A DNA stretch of 64,000 bases from Candidatus Bathyarchaeota archaeon. GTDB lineage: Archaea; Thermoproteota; Bathyarchaeia; TCS64. A program made the position numbers and the translations under genes. Shown in pieces: positions 28,994-39,036 of this stretch (position 1 is the first letter of the stretch; each line of letters opens with the position of its first letter). The DNA is taken from positions 8,575-72,574 of the forward strand of contig JAGTRB010000003.1 in NCBI GenBank assembly GCA_018396865.1, given 5' to 3'. The notes below the pieces were generated by a model. It saw nothing but the letters and a program-made list of their open reading frames with translations. It was not told the DNA's origin and did not search any database.

Positions 28994-29908
28994 ATGCATT
29001 CATATCAGGGATATAAACAAGGTATAGGCGATATCAAATTAAATATATTTGATGATAGAATCGAAATATACCATGAAAAAGGGTATATAAAAAAGAGTAA
29101 AAAAATTTTAAAGGTAATTTATTTCTCAGAAATCGATAAAATTGAAACTAATAATAATGAGCTAATTATTTATTTTACTAACAATGAAATATATAATATA
29201 ATTTTTCAACAAAGAGAATCATTGAATAATATTTATGAAGTTTTGATAGATATCTTCTCGAAAGTAAACGATAATGCAAACCAAAAAATTTGTGGAACTA
29301 TGTTAGCCGATATAACTAAAAAATCTATTTATTTAATAGATCTTTTGTTCGACGTCATTTTAAACTTAAATGGTAAAATTGTCTGGAAAAATTTAGAAAA
29401 AAATTTAAAAGATATAAAGGAAGTTTATCAAGGAATTAAATCAACTTATAACAAATTTGTGGATCTCGATTTTAAGGAGATGGAGCGAAATATAGTTGAT
29501 CGTAATCCTGAAAAGATCCCTATGAATGTGTTTAATTTTATAAAAATGATATTGTCTTTTTATAGGAGTTTGGATAAAATTGATGATAAAGATTTAATTA
29601 TTTTGAAATCTAAATTTTTAGATTTTTTAATGATTGTTGAATCTGCTGTCTTATTAAATGATATAATCCTTGGTATAATTATAGGAGATGGACATGTCAA
29701 TGAAGAAATTGAGGTTTTTATCAATCTGACAAATTCACTATCTAAAAAAATTAATATTACTATAGAAAGAATTTATATAATAAATTTATTCGAGGAACTA
29801 AAATTTAAAGCAAAAGATTATCAAATAATAAATAAAATTAGGGATTTCTTGAAGGATCTAGCCATGAGATATTTATCTGAGGAGGGATCAAGGGTCTCCC
29901 TTCTATGA
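28994..29908 (+). CDS. Hypothetical protein, PH-like N-terminus plus helical bundle
   Basis: 'G.IKLNIFDDRIEIY...VIYFSEIDKIE...ELIIYF...IIF...IYEVL' strand/helix pattern; starts 1 nt after upstream stop. Confidence 0.7.
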   Translation: MHSYQGYKQGIGDIKLNIFDDRIEIYHEKGYIKKSKKILKVIYFSEIDKIETNNNELIIYFTNNEIYNIIFQQRESLNNIYEVLIDIFSKVNDNANQKICGTMLADITKKSIYLIDLLFDVILNLNGKIVWKNLEKNLKDIKEVYQGIKSTYNKFVDLDFKEMERNIVDRNPEKIPMNVFNFIKMILSFYRSLDKIDDKDLIILKSKFLDFLMIVESAVLLNDIILGIIIGDGHVNEEIEVFINLTNSLSKKINITIERIYIINLFEELKFKAKDYQIINKIRDFLKDLAMRYLSEEGSRVSLL

Positions 29909-29950
29909 GCTTGGCTTGATTTTTAAGCTTCAGCCCCTCCTTTAATTTGG

Positions 29951-31642
29951 GTGTTGGCCTTGTCATATCTCTGTCAGGAGAGGTTGTGGAGGGGGGCTGG
30001 GAGGGGATGCTGTGTGGCGGAGCATGGTATCGTCGCCTCAAAGCATCCTCTAATCGGGAGAGTGGGCATAGATGTGTTGAGGAGGGGCGGAAACGCGGTC
30101 GATGCCGCCGTCGCAGCGGCCTTCGTTGACTGCGTGGTTGAGCCCGCCATGAACGGCATAGGGGGAGAGGGCGTGATGGCCATCCACCTGTCCTCGGGAG
30201 AGGGTGTCATTATAGATTATGTTGGGAGGCCCTCGAAGGATTGCACTCCAGACATGTATGAGCTTCTTGAGGAGGTTGAGCCGGGCTGGATGGGGTGGAG
30301 GAGGGTGAAGGACGACGCCAACATAATAGGGCACAGGGCTGCGACGGTGCCAGGAACGGTGGCAGGGCTGGCTAGGGCCCTAGAGCTCTATGGCACGATG
30401 GAGCTGGGGGAGGTGATTGAGCCCGCTATCAGGGCTGCGGAAGAGGGGTTTCCCGTGGGCTGGTGGACAGTCTCCCATATCATCCAGACTATACATAAGT
30501 TCTACAGGTTCCCAGAGTGGAGGAGGCTCTTCCTCAAGGAGGAGAGGTACCCCCCTCTGCCTTATACGTATGCCAGGAGAGGGAGCCCAGACCTCCTAGT
30601 CAACAGGGATCTCGCGAGATCCCTCAGGCTCATTGCTGAGGAGGGGCCGGAGGCCTTCTACCGTGGGGAGATAGCGGAGGCCATAGCTAGGGACATGGAG
30701 AGGAATGGGGGTCTCATCTCCATGGAGGACCTGGCCATGTATGAGCCCATCGTCTCCAAGACCGCAAGGGGGGAGTACAGGGGCTTCGAGGTTTTATATG
30801 ATCCAAGCCATGCGGGGACAACCATGATGGAGATCCTCAACATCCTTGAGGGCTACAGCCTCTCGGACTACGGTTTCGGATCATACGAGCATCTCCATCT
30901 TCTGGCGGAGGCGATAGGCCTAGCCTACGCGGACAGGTTCAGGTATATGGGGGATCCAGAGTTCTTAAGGGTACCCCTGAGGGGATTGGCATCAAAGGCT
31001 TATGCCGAGGAGTTGAGGAGGCGTATAAGCCTCGAGAGGTCTCTTGAGCTGCGCCCCGGGGATCCCTGGCCCTATGAGGAGTGCACGACGGCCCTAGCCG
31101 TTGTGGACGGGGAGAGGAATGCCGTCGCCGTCAACCAGACCCTTGTAGATATATTCGGCTGCGGTGTGGTGGTGCCAGGGACGGGCATTGTACTCAATAA
31201 CGCCATGTATGGGCTTAACCCTGAGCCCGGCCACGCCAACTCTATAATGGGGAGGAAGAGGAGGATACAGAACGTCTGCCCGACGATATTGTTGGAGGAT
31301 GGGGGAACCTTCATGGCTTTGGGGGCTCCAGGTGGGAGGGCCATCCAGACTTCCATAGCCCAGACCATCATAAATGTTGTCGACTTTGGGATGGATATCC
31401 AGTCGGCCATTGAGGCCCCAAGGATCACGAGGGAGATCGGGGAGATACAGCTTGATAATAGGTTCCCGAGGGAAGTCTATCATAGGCTACTGGCCGCGGG
31501 CCATAAAGTGGCCTACATAGATAAAGAGATCGGGGGCTGGGGTAGGCCTGTAGGAATCGTTTTGGATAGGGAGAAAGGCCTATTATACGGAGGTGTGGAG
31601 AGCCACTTCCTGGGCTTCGAGTCCGAGGCGATAGGATACTGA
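29951..31642 (+). CDS. ggt: Gamma-glutamyltransferase family Ntn-hydrolase
   Basis: GGNAVDAAVA, VPG.VAG, FYRGEIA, autoprocessing Thr 'CTTALAVVD', GAPGG; start uncertain. Confidence 0.9.
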   Translation: MLALSYLCQERLWRGAGRGCCVAEHGIVASKHPLIGRVGIDVLRRGGNAVDAAVAAAFVDCVVEPAMNGIGGEGVMAIHLSSGEGVIIDYVGRPSKDCTPDMYELLEEVEPGWMGWRRVKDDANIIGHRAATVPGTVAGLARALELYGTMELGEVIEPAIRAAEEGFPVGWWTVSHIIQTIHKFYRFPEWRRLFLKEERYPPLPYTYARRGSPDLLVNRDLARSLRLIAEEGPEAFYRGEIAEAIARDMERNGGLISMEDLAMYEPIVSKTARGEYRGFEVLYDPSHAGTTMMEILNILEGYSLSDYGFGSYEHLHLLAEAIGLAYADRFRYMGDPEFLRVPLRGLASKAYAEELRRRISLERSLELRPGDPWPYEECTTALAVVDGERNAVAVNQTLVDIFGCGVVVPGTGIVLNNAMYGLNPEPGHANSIMGRKRRIQNVCPTILLEDGGTFMALGAPGGRAIQTSIAQTIINVVDFGMDIQSAIEAPRITREIGEIQLDNRFPREVYHRLLAAGHKVAYIDKEIGGWGRPVGIVLDREKGLLYGGVESHFLGFESEAIGY

Positions 31643-31666
31643 AAATAATGGAATCCAAGAAGCTCA

Positions 31667-31876
31667 TTATTTTCTCTCTTTCCGCCTCTTAAGATACCAG
31701 ATCCTCCCGCTTTTGCTGGTCTCGATGTAGAAGTCAGGGTTGTAGAAGAGCATCTCCTTGACGAATTCTCTCATGGTTGTTCTGGAGCCATCCGACCTGA
31801 ATATCACCTCATCAAGGTCCACGGTGACACGTTTAGCCCTCTTCTCCTCCAACCCGGAATCAACCATAGATTTCAA
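31667..31876 (-). CDS. Small hypothetical protein
   Basis: Host-like codon use; lies co-directionally downstream of the Toprim gene. Confidence 0.5.
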   Translation of the reverse strand: MKSMVDSGLEEKRAKRVTVDLDEVIFRSDGSRTTMREFVKEMLFYNPDFYIETSKSGRIWYLKRRKERK

Positions 31877-31953
31877 GGCTGCATCCTCCTATAATTTTTA
31901 CTGTTCCACCGTAGCTTCATACTCCACCTCAAGCCTTCTCTAATAGCTCTGGA

Positions 31954-32340
31954 TCATACGCTCACAAGGTTGTCGAGGTCCTCCACAGCCCTAGTTCCAA
32001 GGGTGGCCATAAGCCTGCCTATTCTCCTCCTCATATCGGCTTCAACCCTGACCCCCCTGCTCTCTAGGAGTAGCAGCATCTCCCGATTGATCCTCCTGCC
32101 CTCCCTATCGAAGTCGCTCAGGATCAGGACCGTCCTACACCTCTCGGCCACCTCCTCCGCTAGGTCGATTTGGGCCTCATGTCTTGAGATAACCTCTATC
32201 TGGCCACGGTATCCGAGGCTCTTTAAGGCCTCGACATCCCTAGCCCCCTCAACAAGGACCGTGTCCACGATCTCCTCAGCCTCCCTTAGGAGAAGGCTGA
32301 GTTCGGTAATGGCCTGCTCCCTATCCCGCTTCAAGTTCAT
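31954..32340 (-). CDS. Small Toprim-domain protein (RNase M5/primase-like)
   Basis: VLVEGARD and LSDFDREG. Confidence 0.88.
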   Translation of the reverse strand: MNLKRDREQAITELSLLLREAEEIVDTVLVEGARDVEALKSLGYRGQIEVISRHEAQIDLAEEVAERCRTVLILSDFDREGRRINREMLLLLESRGVRVEADMRRRIGRLMATLGTRAVEDLDNLVSV

Positions 32341-33740
32341 TTTTCCATCCCCCTATCCCCTGAGACCAGGATCACCGCTAAATCGTTCACGTTTGTCCCC
32401 GTCGGCCCCGTTATTATCAGGTCTCCAAGCCTCTCGAAGAAGCTATAGGAATCATTCTCTCTGAGGTATCCCTCAGGCGAGATCCCGGTGGCTCTGGCTC
32501 TGCTTAGGGTTGAGCCGTCGACTATGGCTCCCGCCGCATCCGTAGGTCCATCTATGCCGTCGGTTGCAAGGCAGGCTATTGCGGCGTTGACCCCCTCTAT
32601 CTTGAGGGATGAGCTCAAAGCAGCCTCTTGGTTTCTTCCCCCCCTCCCTCTTCCAGTGACTGTCACCGTCGTCTCCCCTCCCGCTATTAGAGCTGCGGGC
32701 GGTGGGATGGGATTACCAGACTCGGCTATCTCCCTGGCTATTCCCCCGATAACGCCTCCGACATGCCTTGCCTCCCCCTCCAGCCTAGTGGATAGGATGA
32801 GGGTTTTGTATCCTAAATTTGAGGCTCTGGAGGCCGCCGCTCTGGCCGCAGTCATGTTGCTCCCCACGATGATGTTGAAAACTCTATCGAATATCTCGTC
32901 CCCCGGCTTCGGGGTCTCCTCAACCTCCCCCCTGAGGCCAGCCGCTATCCTTGATCTAATGGATTTTGCTACCCTATCCCATAGGCCATATTTCATGAGG
33001 ATCTCATAGGCGTCCCTGAAGGTTGTGGGGTCTGGGGATGTGGGGCCTGAAGCTATTACATCCAATGGATCCCCCACGACGTCTGAGATTATAAGGCCCA
33101 GGACGGTTGCAGGGTAGGCCCTCCTCGCCAGCTGTCCCCCCTTTATGGTGGAGAGGTGCTTCCTCACCGCGTTCAGTTCGTTTATGGTGGCTCCGCATCT
33201 AAGGAGCATGCCTGTAAGATCCCTCAACTCCTCTAGGTCTACACCTTGTGCGGGATCCGCCATCAGGGCTGATCCTCCCCCCGAGATGAGGACGATCACA
33301 AGGTCGTCTTGGTTTAAACCCTTAACCAGCTCGAGCATCTTCGCCACCCCCCTAACACCATCCTCCGCTGGGATGGGGTGGGATGCCTCATTCAGCCCTA
33401 TTCTATCGAGGGGGCTGCTTGGACTCGTGCCCTTTAGGATGTTCACCAACCCTGCCGTGATCCTATCTCCTATGAGCTCCTCTAAAGCTTCCGCCATTGC
33501 CCCTCCGGCCTTTCCCCCTCCGACGACCAGGATCCTCCTGAATCTCCCCATGTCGAGTTCTATTTCGCCTGCCCTGAGGAGGTCCCCCGCCCTAGTTAGG
33601 TGGCTCAGGATCGCTCTCCTCGGATCCACTTCCTCTACGGCTACGCTGAGTATGTCGAGTGCGTCGCTTCTAAGCTTCCTCAGCTCCGGTGAGAGCGAGT
33701 TCTCAAGCAGCTGGAGCTTATTCCTTATCTCCACTCCCAT
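32337..33740 (-). CDS. Glycerate 2-kinase (MOFRL family)
   Basis: GGGKA, ASHP, ISGGGSAL, IASGPT, GGETTV, GGRNQE, TDGIDG, TGTNVND. Confidence 0.92.
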   Translation of the reverse strand: MGVEIRNKLQLLENSLSPELRKLRSDALDILSVAVEEVDPRRAILSHLTRAGDLLRAGEIELDMGRFRRILVVGGGKAGGAMAEALEELIGDRITAGLVNILKGTSPSSPLDRIGLNEASHPIPAEDGVRGVAKMLELVKGLNQDDLVIVLISGGGSALMADPAQGVDLEELRDLTGMLLRCGATINELNAVRKHLSTIKGGQLARRAYPATVLGLIISDVVGDPLDVIASGPTSPDPTTFRDAYEILMKYGLWDRVAKSIRSRIAAGLRGEVEETPKPGDEIFDRVFNIIVGSNMTAARAAASRASNLGYKTLILSTRLEGEARHVGGVIGGIAREIAESGNPIPPPAALIAGGETTVTVTGRGRGGRNQEAALSSSLKIEGVNAAIACLATDGIDGPTDAAGAIVDGSTLSRARATGISPEGYLRENDSYSFFERLGDLIITGPTGTNVNDLAVILVSGDRGMEK

Positions 33741-33800
33741 TATGTAAGGTTGGAGGGGGTGGCCTGATTAAATAGTTATTGAGTGGATGTTATAGGTTTT

Positions 33801-36008
33801 CTACTCTTTCACGATGTACTCGCTGGCCTGCGGAGGCTCTGGTGGAAGACCCTTCCTCTCCCTCACCTTTCTCACTATATCGGGGAGCATGTTGTCTGGT
33901 ACTGGAGCCCAGTGGTCGAAGGTGCACTGCCAGAAGGCTCTTCCCGATGTGGCAGCCCTCATCTCGCTTGCAAGTCCGAGGGCCTCGGAGACTGGGATGA
34001 AGCCTGTCACAGCTATCAGGGGCCCCTTCTGCTCAACGCTGTATATGTTCCCCCTCTTCCTATTCAGCAGGGATGTAACATTACCCAGCTCCTCAGCTGG
34101 TAGGGTTACCTGTATCTTGTATATGGGCTCGAGGAGAGTGGGTCTCGCTGAGAGGAGGGCCGCGTATATCGCCTGCCTGGTGGCCGGCATTATCTGGGCC
34201 GGGCCTCGGTGGACGGGATCCTCGTGGAGCTGAGCATCAACCAGCGTGACCTGTACCCCCCTCACAGCCTCACCGGCGAAGGGCCCTGACTCCACAGTCC
34301 AGTGGAAGCCCCCAGCTATGTGGTCCTTAACCTCTCTGAGATACTGGATTCCATAAGTAGCGTCCACGAGGATGTTGGCGTTCTGGTCCACTGCGACAAC
34401 CTCCCTGGCATCTTTAGATGACCATCCAGCCTTCTCAACCAGGACCTCCAGCCTCATCCTCCTCGAGAGGGCCTCGCTCAGGGCCCCCTCCCTTATCAGG
34501 TCGATGACCTTCGGGTCTAATGGCTTCACCGTGAACCAGAGCTTGTTATGCTTGTTCGGGCTCTTCCCCATGAAGGGGCCCGCCTCCTCCCTTATCGACT
34601 CCCTATAAACTACCGTGGGCTCCGAGGCCTTCACCTCCACGTTGTACTCCCTCGCAAGGTCCTTGAGGGCTATCTCTAGGTGGAGCTCCCCGGCGCCGGA
34701 TAGTAGGTACTCCCCTGTCTCCTGGTTTATCACAGCAACAAGGTTTGGATCTTGGATGGTGAGCTTCGTCATCGCGTCTATCAATCTCGGCAGGTCCATT
34801 GGACGCTTGGGCTCGACGGCTATCGTGAGGACGGGCTCCGTGAAGTATTTGATCTGCTCGAAGCCAACGGCGCTATCCTTATAGGCTGGGCTAACTATGG
34901 TCTCCCCGGCCCTTCCCGCGTCTATACCGAGGAGGGCCACTATGTTCCCGCAGGGTATGGCATCAACCACCTCCCTGAACTGGCCCATGTATATACTGAC
35001 CTGCTGGGCCTTGTAAGACCTGTTTGCCATCAGGAGGTAGATGTCATCTCCCTTCCTTATGGTTCCGGAGAAGATCCTGCCAGTGTTTATAATGCCTGCT
35101 TGGGGATCTATGATGACGTTAGTTACACATATCACCAATGGCCCGTCATCATCCAGCTTGAGCATCGCCTTTCCTACCTCGCCATTAAGGTCGCCGCGCC
35201 ATATAGCCTGGAGCCTGAAGGGCTGGGCCTCCACGGGGCTGGGGAGGTGATGGACAACCATTTCAAGTATGGCCTCGTGGAGGGGAAGGAGCTTCTGGAG
35301 TTCCTCTACCCTACCCTCCCTGTAGAACTCGACTATGTCGTTGAACTTCAGACCCTTCCTCTTGAGCATTGGGAGGGTGAACCCCCACCTGTCAAGGGCG
35401 GAGCCGAATGCGACAGTCCCGTTGGCCGCGTTCACCGTCCACTTCTCCTTCACCTCATCTATGCCATATGTCTGGACTATGGTGTTGAACTGGTTTATGA
35501 TCCTCAGGAGCTTCTTCATGACGGCGTCAGCGTCCATCTTCAGCTCCTTTATGAGGCGGTCGAACTTGTTGATGTAGAGGACAGGCTTAACCCTCTCCTC
35601 GAGGGCTGCCCTGAGCCTGACCTCGGTCATTATCTGGAACTCCTCTACCGCATCTACTAGGAGGATACATCCATCCAAAGCCCTTAAGGCCCTTGTAACC
35701 TTCCCTGAGAAGTCGACGTGGCCTGGGGTGTCTATGAGGTTTATCACGTACTCCTTTCCATCCTCCTCATAAAGGAGGCTGATGTTCGCCGTCTTTATCG
35801 TGATGCCCCTCCTCTGCTCCTCCTCTAAGTAGTCTAATGCCCTCGCCTCCCCCGCCCTGCTCGGGGCTAGTAGGCCGGCCATGGCTAGGAGGCTGTCGCT
35901 CATGGTCGTCTTTCCGTGATCTATGTGGGCTATTATCCCGATGTTCCTGATGCGCTCCTTATTATGCATCAGCTTCAATATATCCTCGGTCTGTCTGAAC
36001 CTCGGCAT
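33801..36008 (-). CDS. fusA: Archaeal elongation factor 2
   Basis: AHIDHGKTT, RGITI, DTPGH, NKFD, diphthamide loop HEDPVHRGPAQ. Confidence 0.97.
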   Translation of the reverse strand: MPRFRQTEDILKLMHNKERIRNIGIIAHIDHGKTTMSDSLLAMAGLLAPSRAGEARALDYLEEEQRRGITIKTANISLLYEEDGKEYVINLIDTPGHVDFSGKVTRALRALDGCILLVDAVEEFQIMTEVRLRAALEERVKPVLYINKFDRLIKELKMDADAVMKKLLRIINQFNTIVQTYGIDEVKEKWTVNAANGTVAFGSALDRWGFTLPMLKRKGLKFNDIVEFYREGRVEELQKLLPLHEAILEMVVHHLPSPVEAQPFRLQAIWRGDLNGEVGKAMLKLDDDGPLVICVTNVIIDPQAGIINTGRIFSGTIRKGDDIYLLMANRSYKAQQVSIYMGQFREVVDAIPCGNIVALLGIDAGRAGETIVSPAYKDSAVGFEQIKYFTEPVLTIAVEPKRPMDLPRLIDAMTKLTIQDPNLVAVINQETGEYLLSGAGELHLEIALKDLAREYNVEVKASEPTVVYRESIREEAGPFMGKSPNKHNKLWFTVKPLDPKVIDLIREGALSEALSRRMRLEVLVEKAGWSSKDAREVVAVDQNANILVDATYGIQYLREVKDHIAGGFHWTVESGPFAGEAVRGVQVTLVDAQLHEDPVHRGPAQIMPATRQAIYAALLSARPTLLEPIYKIQVTLPAEELGNVTSLLNRKRGNIYSVEQKGPLIAVTGFIPVSEALGLASEMRAATSGRAFWQCTFDHWAPVPDNMLPDIVRKVRERKGLPPEPPQASEYIVKE

Positions 36009-36342
36009 GGCTGATCTTAACCCTTCCCGACTTCGTATAGGAACGAACAGTTGCCTCTTTTAAACTATTCGTATTGCGGGTACCTGGGGAGATCTATGTT
36101 AGTCTCACTTTCCACCTCGATTTAAAACCAGTGTAAGTCTCAAGGGCACTCTCAACAGAATAATGAGAGGATCATGAAGCGCTCACCTCCAGGTCAAGAG
36201 GGATATTAAAGATAAGAGTTAAAATCTCTTCAAATCAAATGGATTTTAATATTTAGCTATTAGCCCTTATAAACCCCCTATGAAGAAGGCCTCTGTTGGA
36301 AAATAAATGGGGGATATTTAGTCGAGGCTTGAATATGGCTTC

Positions 36343-37362
36343 TTATCCCTCCTCGTGGATGAAGGCATAGGCGACGGGGGCTCCTGACTGAACCGCTTGG
36401 AGGCCTCCAGATGTCCCTAGGGATTGGCCGCATGGATAAGCCCAGGTGTAGCCGTCAACGGGCATTTCTATCACCTCGAGGACGTCGCCGTAGAGGTCAT
36501 AGACCTCGGCTAAGGCCTCCCCTTTCCTTATGAACTCCCCCGGCCTCTTGAAGAACCTGATAAGGCCGCCTCTACTGGCCCTGATCATCCCATAGAACCT
36601 GTTCACCCCTGAGACTATTGGGATCCCCTCTTGGGTCTCGATCTTGCCATCTATCATGTTGAAGGCTCTCATTATATTCAGAATCCCCCTAACACCAACG
36701 CTCGTTGAAGGCTCCGAGATCCATCTACCATCTATCAGCTCCTCGAGGATTACAGGGATCCCCCTCCTAGCGGCGAGGTTTCCGAGGGTTGGGGGTGAGT
36801 CCTCCCGGACCGGTTCATCTGAGTATATCGTGGTGACCCCGAAGGCCTCAGCCATCCTGATGAGCTTATCCTTTGTCTCAGGATTCCCTGTATTTATCCA
36901 CTGGTAGATGAGGGAGTCTGGCCGCGTGTTGCAGTGTATGTTGACAATGAGGTCTGACTTGCTCCAAGCCTCCCTCCACAGGGCGTATGCGAGCCTCTCC
37001 GTGGTGTTCCCATTTGGGTTGTCAGCCCTCACCCCTCCGACATCCAGGTTATCTATCCATGAGAGGTATTGGTGGTGCATGAAGGCCAAGGGATTTCCGA
37101 CTGGTATCCCTATTATAGCTCCTCTAAGCCCTTTGGGGTTAACCCTCTCCCTCATCACTCTCCTTATGACCTCTATCCCCTGTATCTCGATGCCGTGCTG
37201 GGTTGACATCAGGAGGAGCGTCGGCCCCTCCTCCAATCCGTTCATCACTAGGACCGGTATATCTATGCTGACTGTGTTAACAAGCTCTACGCCCTTTATA
37301 ACCCCCTTTTTCAGCTCCCCCTTTCTAGCCTTGACATCTCCAACCTCTATAACCTCAGGCAT
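36343..37362 (-). CDS. Succinylglutamate desuccinylase/aspartoacylase family (M14-like) hydrolase
   Basis: QHGIE, NP.AF, NIHC, C-terminal biotinyl-like hairpin. Confidence 0.82.
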   Translation of the reverse strand: MPEVIEVGDVKARKGELKKGVIKGVELVNTVSIDIPVLVMNGLEEGPTLLLMSTQHGIEIQGIEVIRRVMRERVNPKGLRGAIIGIPVGNPLAFMHHQYLSWIDNLDVGGVRADNPNGNTTERLAYALWREAWSKSDLIVNIHCNTRPDSLIYQWINTGNPETKDKLIRMAEAFGVTTIYSDEPVREDSPPTLGNLAARRGIPVILEELIDGRWISEPSTSVGVRGILNIMRAFNMIDGKIETQEGIPIVSGVNRFYGMIRASRGGLIRFFKRPGEFIRKGEALAEVYDLYGDVLEVIEMPVDGYTWAYPCGQSLGTSGGLQAVQSGAPVAYAFIHEEG

Positions 37363-37488
37363 GGCAGATATCCTCCGAGATCGGGATTCTTGGATTAGAT
37401 ATAAGAGCCTTTGTAGAACCTAACGTCGGGCTATGGCTTTAAAGAGCTGGGCCCTCGCCTTGAAACCCTATTAAGGCTGTTAATAATC

Positions 37489-37526
37489 TATAATTTCGTG
37501 GATCAGTTATGATCCACGAAATTATA
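37489..37526. repeat. Perfect 17-bp inverted repeat with 4-nt loop
   Basis: TATAATTTCGTGGATCA-GTTA-TGATCCACGAAATTATA. Confidence 0.95.
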
Positions 37527-37572
37527 TATGATGGCTTCTGCTGGCTATTTGGATGGGGATTCTTGATAATTC

Positions 37573-39036
37573 TCAATCCGGGGTTTCGTATATTCTCCCA
37601 TGCTCTCTTTCTCCTCTGGAGATGCGTTCCCTCGTCTCTTTGGCCAGTCTATTGGCGGTCGGTGTGGGATATTCCCCCGTCACGCATCCGAGGCAGAGGT
37701 CATTCATTCTCATCCCTGTCGCCTCCACGTAATCTTCAAGGGGCTGGTAGTTGACGCTGTCGGCCCCGAGCTCCTCCGCTATCTTTTCTGGGGTCAGCCT
37801 CGCTCCTATCAGCTCTTCATACGTGGCCATATCTATGCCGTAGAAGCATGGGCCTATAATCCTCGGGAAGGTTATGAATAGGTGGATCTCCTTGGCTCCT
37901 GCCTCCCTGAGGCGCTTAACAGCCGAGCGGGTTGTATCCCCCCTCACTATGCTGTCGTCGACGACGGCTATCCTTTTTCCTGCTATTTTGGGCTTGAGGA
38001 TATTCACCTTTCTATAGACGATATTCCTCCTCTCCTCAGCTCCCATTATGAAGGCCCTCTGGGTTACATATCTGTGCCTCCTCGTCGCCATCTCCCATGG
38101 GAGGCCTGACTCCTCGTGGAATCCATATGCAGCGTCGTTGGAGGTCTCGGGCAGGGAGATCACTATATCGCATCTGGAGGCGGTCTCCGAGTACCTTGAG
38201 GCTAGGTTAACCCCGAATCTCCTCCTCACCTCATAAACATACCTTTCGTCGAATATGGAGTCGGGGCGGGCGAAGTAGGCGAACTCGAAGGCGCAGAAGG
38301 CCCTCCTCCTGCAGGGGACGAGCTGCTCCCTATGGACTGAGGATCCATCCACCACGAGAAGCTCTCCGGGCTGAACCTCACCAACCCTCTCTATCCCGTT
38401 GATGTCTAGCCCTACACTCTCGGAGCTGAAAGCCTCAACGCCGTCTCCCCTACCATAGCATAGGGGCTTGAAGCCGTAAGGATCCTTGAATGCGAAGAGG
38501 GTTCCCTCATCCGTCAGGCCAGTTATAGAGAAGGCTCCCTCAGCCCTCTCCATGCACCCTTTAACCCCCTCCTCTAGTGATCCTGTCTCTCGGATCCCTT
38601 CTAGGAGGATCCTGCATATGACATGAACGTCGGATCCTCCGTTTCCAAACTCCCCTCGGAGATCCTTTAAATTGACTATATTCCCGTTGAGGGAGATGGC
38701 TACTGATTTTCCTCTCTCTGAGATGGAGATGGGCATTGCATCCCTTCTGAGAGAAGCCTCATCACACGCCCCCGAGGTGGCGTACCTGACATTCCCTATT
38801 CCAACTCCTCCTGAAAGCTCTCCAATCTCGGGTTTAGAGCTGAGGTGGGAGATCGGGGGGATGAGGCCCAGCTCCTTGAAAACCTTGATCCCCCCATCGT
38901 AGACAGCGAATCCATGGCTCTGATGACCTCTGTGGTTCTGGGCTAGAAGGCCCCAGTATAGGTAGGGGAGGGCCTCCCCCCTCTTCAAATGAACCCCGTA
39001 TACCCCGCACCCCTCCCGCATCCTCTCATCTCCCAA
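37573..39036 (-). CDS. purF: Amidophosphoribosyltransferase
   Basis: Short propeptide then CGVYG; QNHRGH, RYATSG, CAFEFAYFARPDS, VVDDSIVRGDT, Fe-S Cys. Confidence 0.95.
   Translation of the reverse strand: MGDERMREGCGVYGVHLKRGEALPYLYWGLLAQNHRGHQSHGFAVYDGGIKVFKELGLIPPISHLSSKPEIGELSGGVGIGNVRYATSGACDEASLRRDAMPISISERGKSVAISLNGNIVNLKDLRGEFGNGGSDVHVICRILLEGIRETGSLEEGVKGCMERAEGAFSITGLTDEGTLFAFKDPYGFKPLCYGRGDGVEAFSSESVGLDINGIERVGEVQPGELLVVDGSSVHREQLVPCRRRAFCAFEFAYFARPDSIFDERYVYEVRRRFGVNLASRYSETASRCDIVISLPETSNDAAYGFHEESGLPWEMATRRHRYVTQRAFIMGAEERRNIVYRKVNILKPKIAGKRIAVVDDSIVRGDTTRSAVKRLREAGAKEIHLFITFPRIIGPCFYGIDMATYEELIGARLTPEKIAEELGADSVNYQPLEDYVEATGMRMNDLCLGCVTGEYPTPTANRLAKETRERISRGEREHGRIYETPD

Noticed and set aside
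20128..29950. tRNA-Ala-integrated mobile element covering the AT-rich block
   Set aside because: No integrase and no duplicate of the tRNA 3' end seen near the right boundary; the 11-nt match at ~14684 lies inside lig and is likely chance
34752..35660. 302-aa plus-strand ORF
   Set aside because: Antisense shadow of EF-2 with no motifs; many similar shadows occur over lig, mcm, ggt and others
33801..36008. Divergent EF-2 paralog lacking diphthamide
   Set aside because: The HRG diphthamide loop and G motifs are intact, consistent with canonical aEF-2
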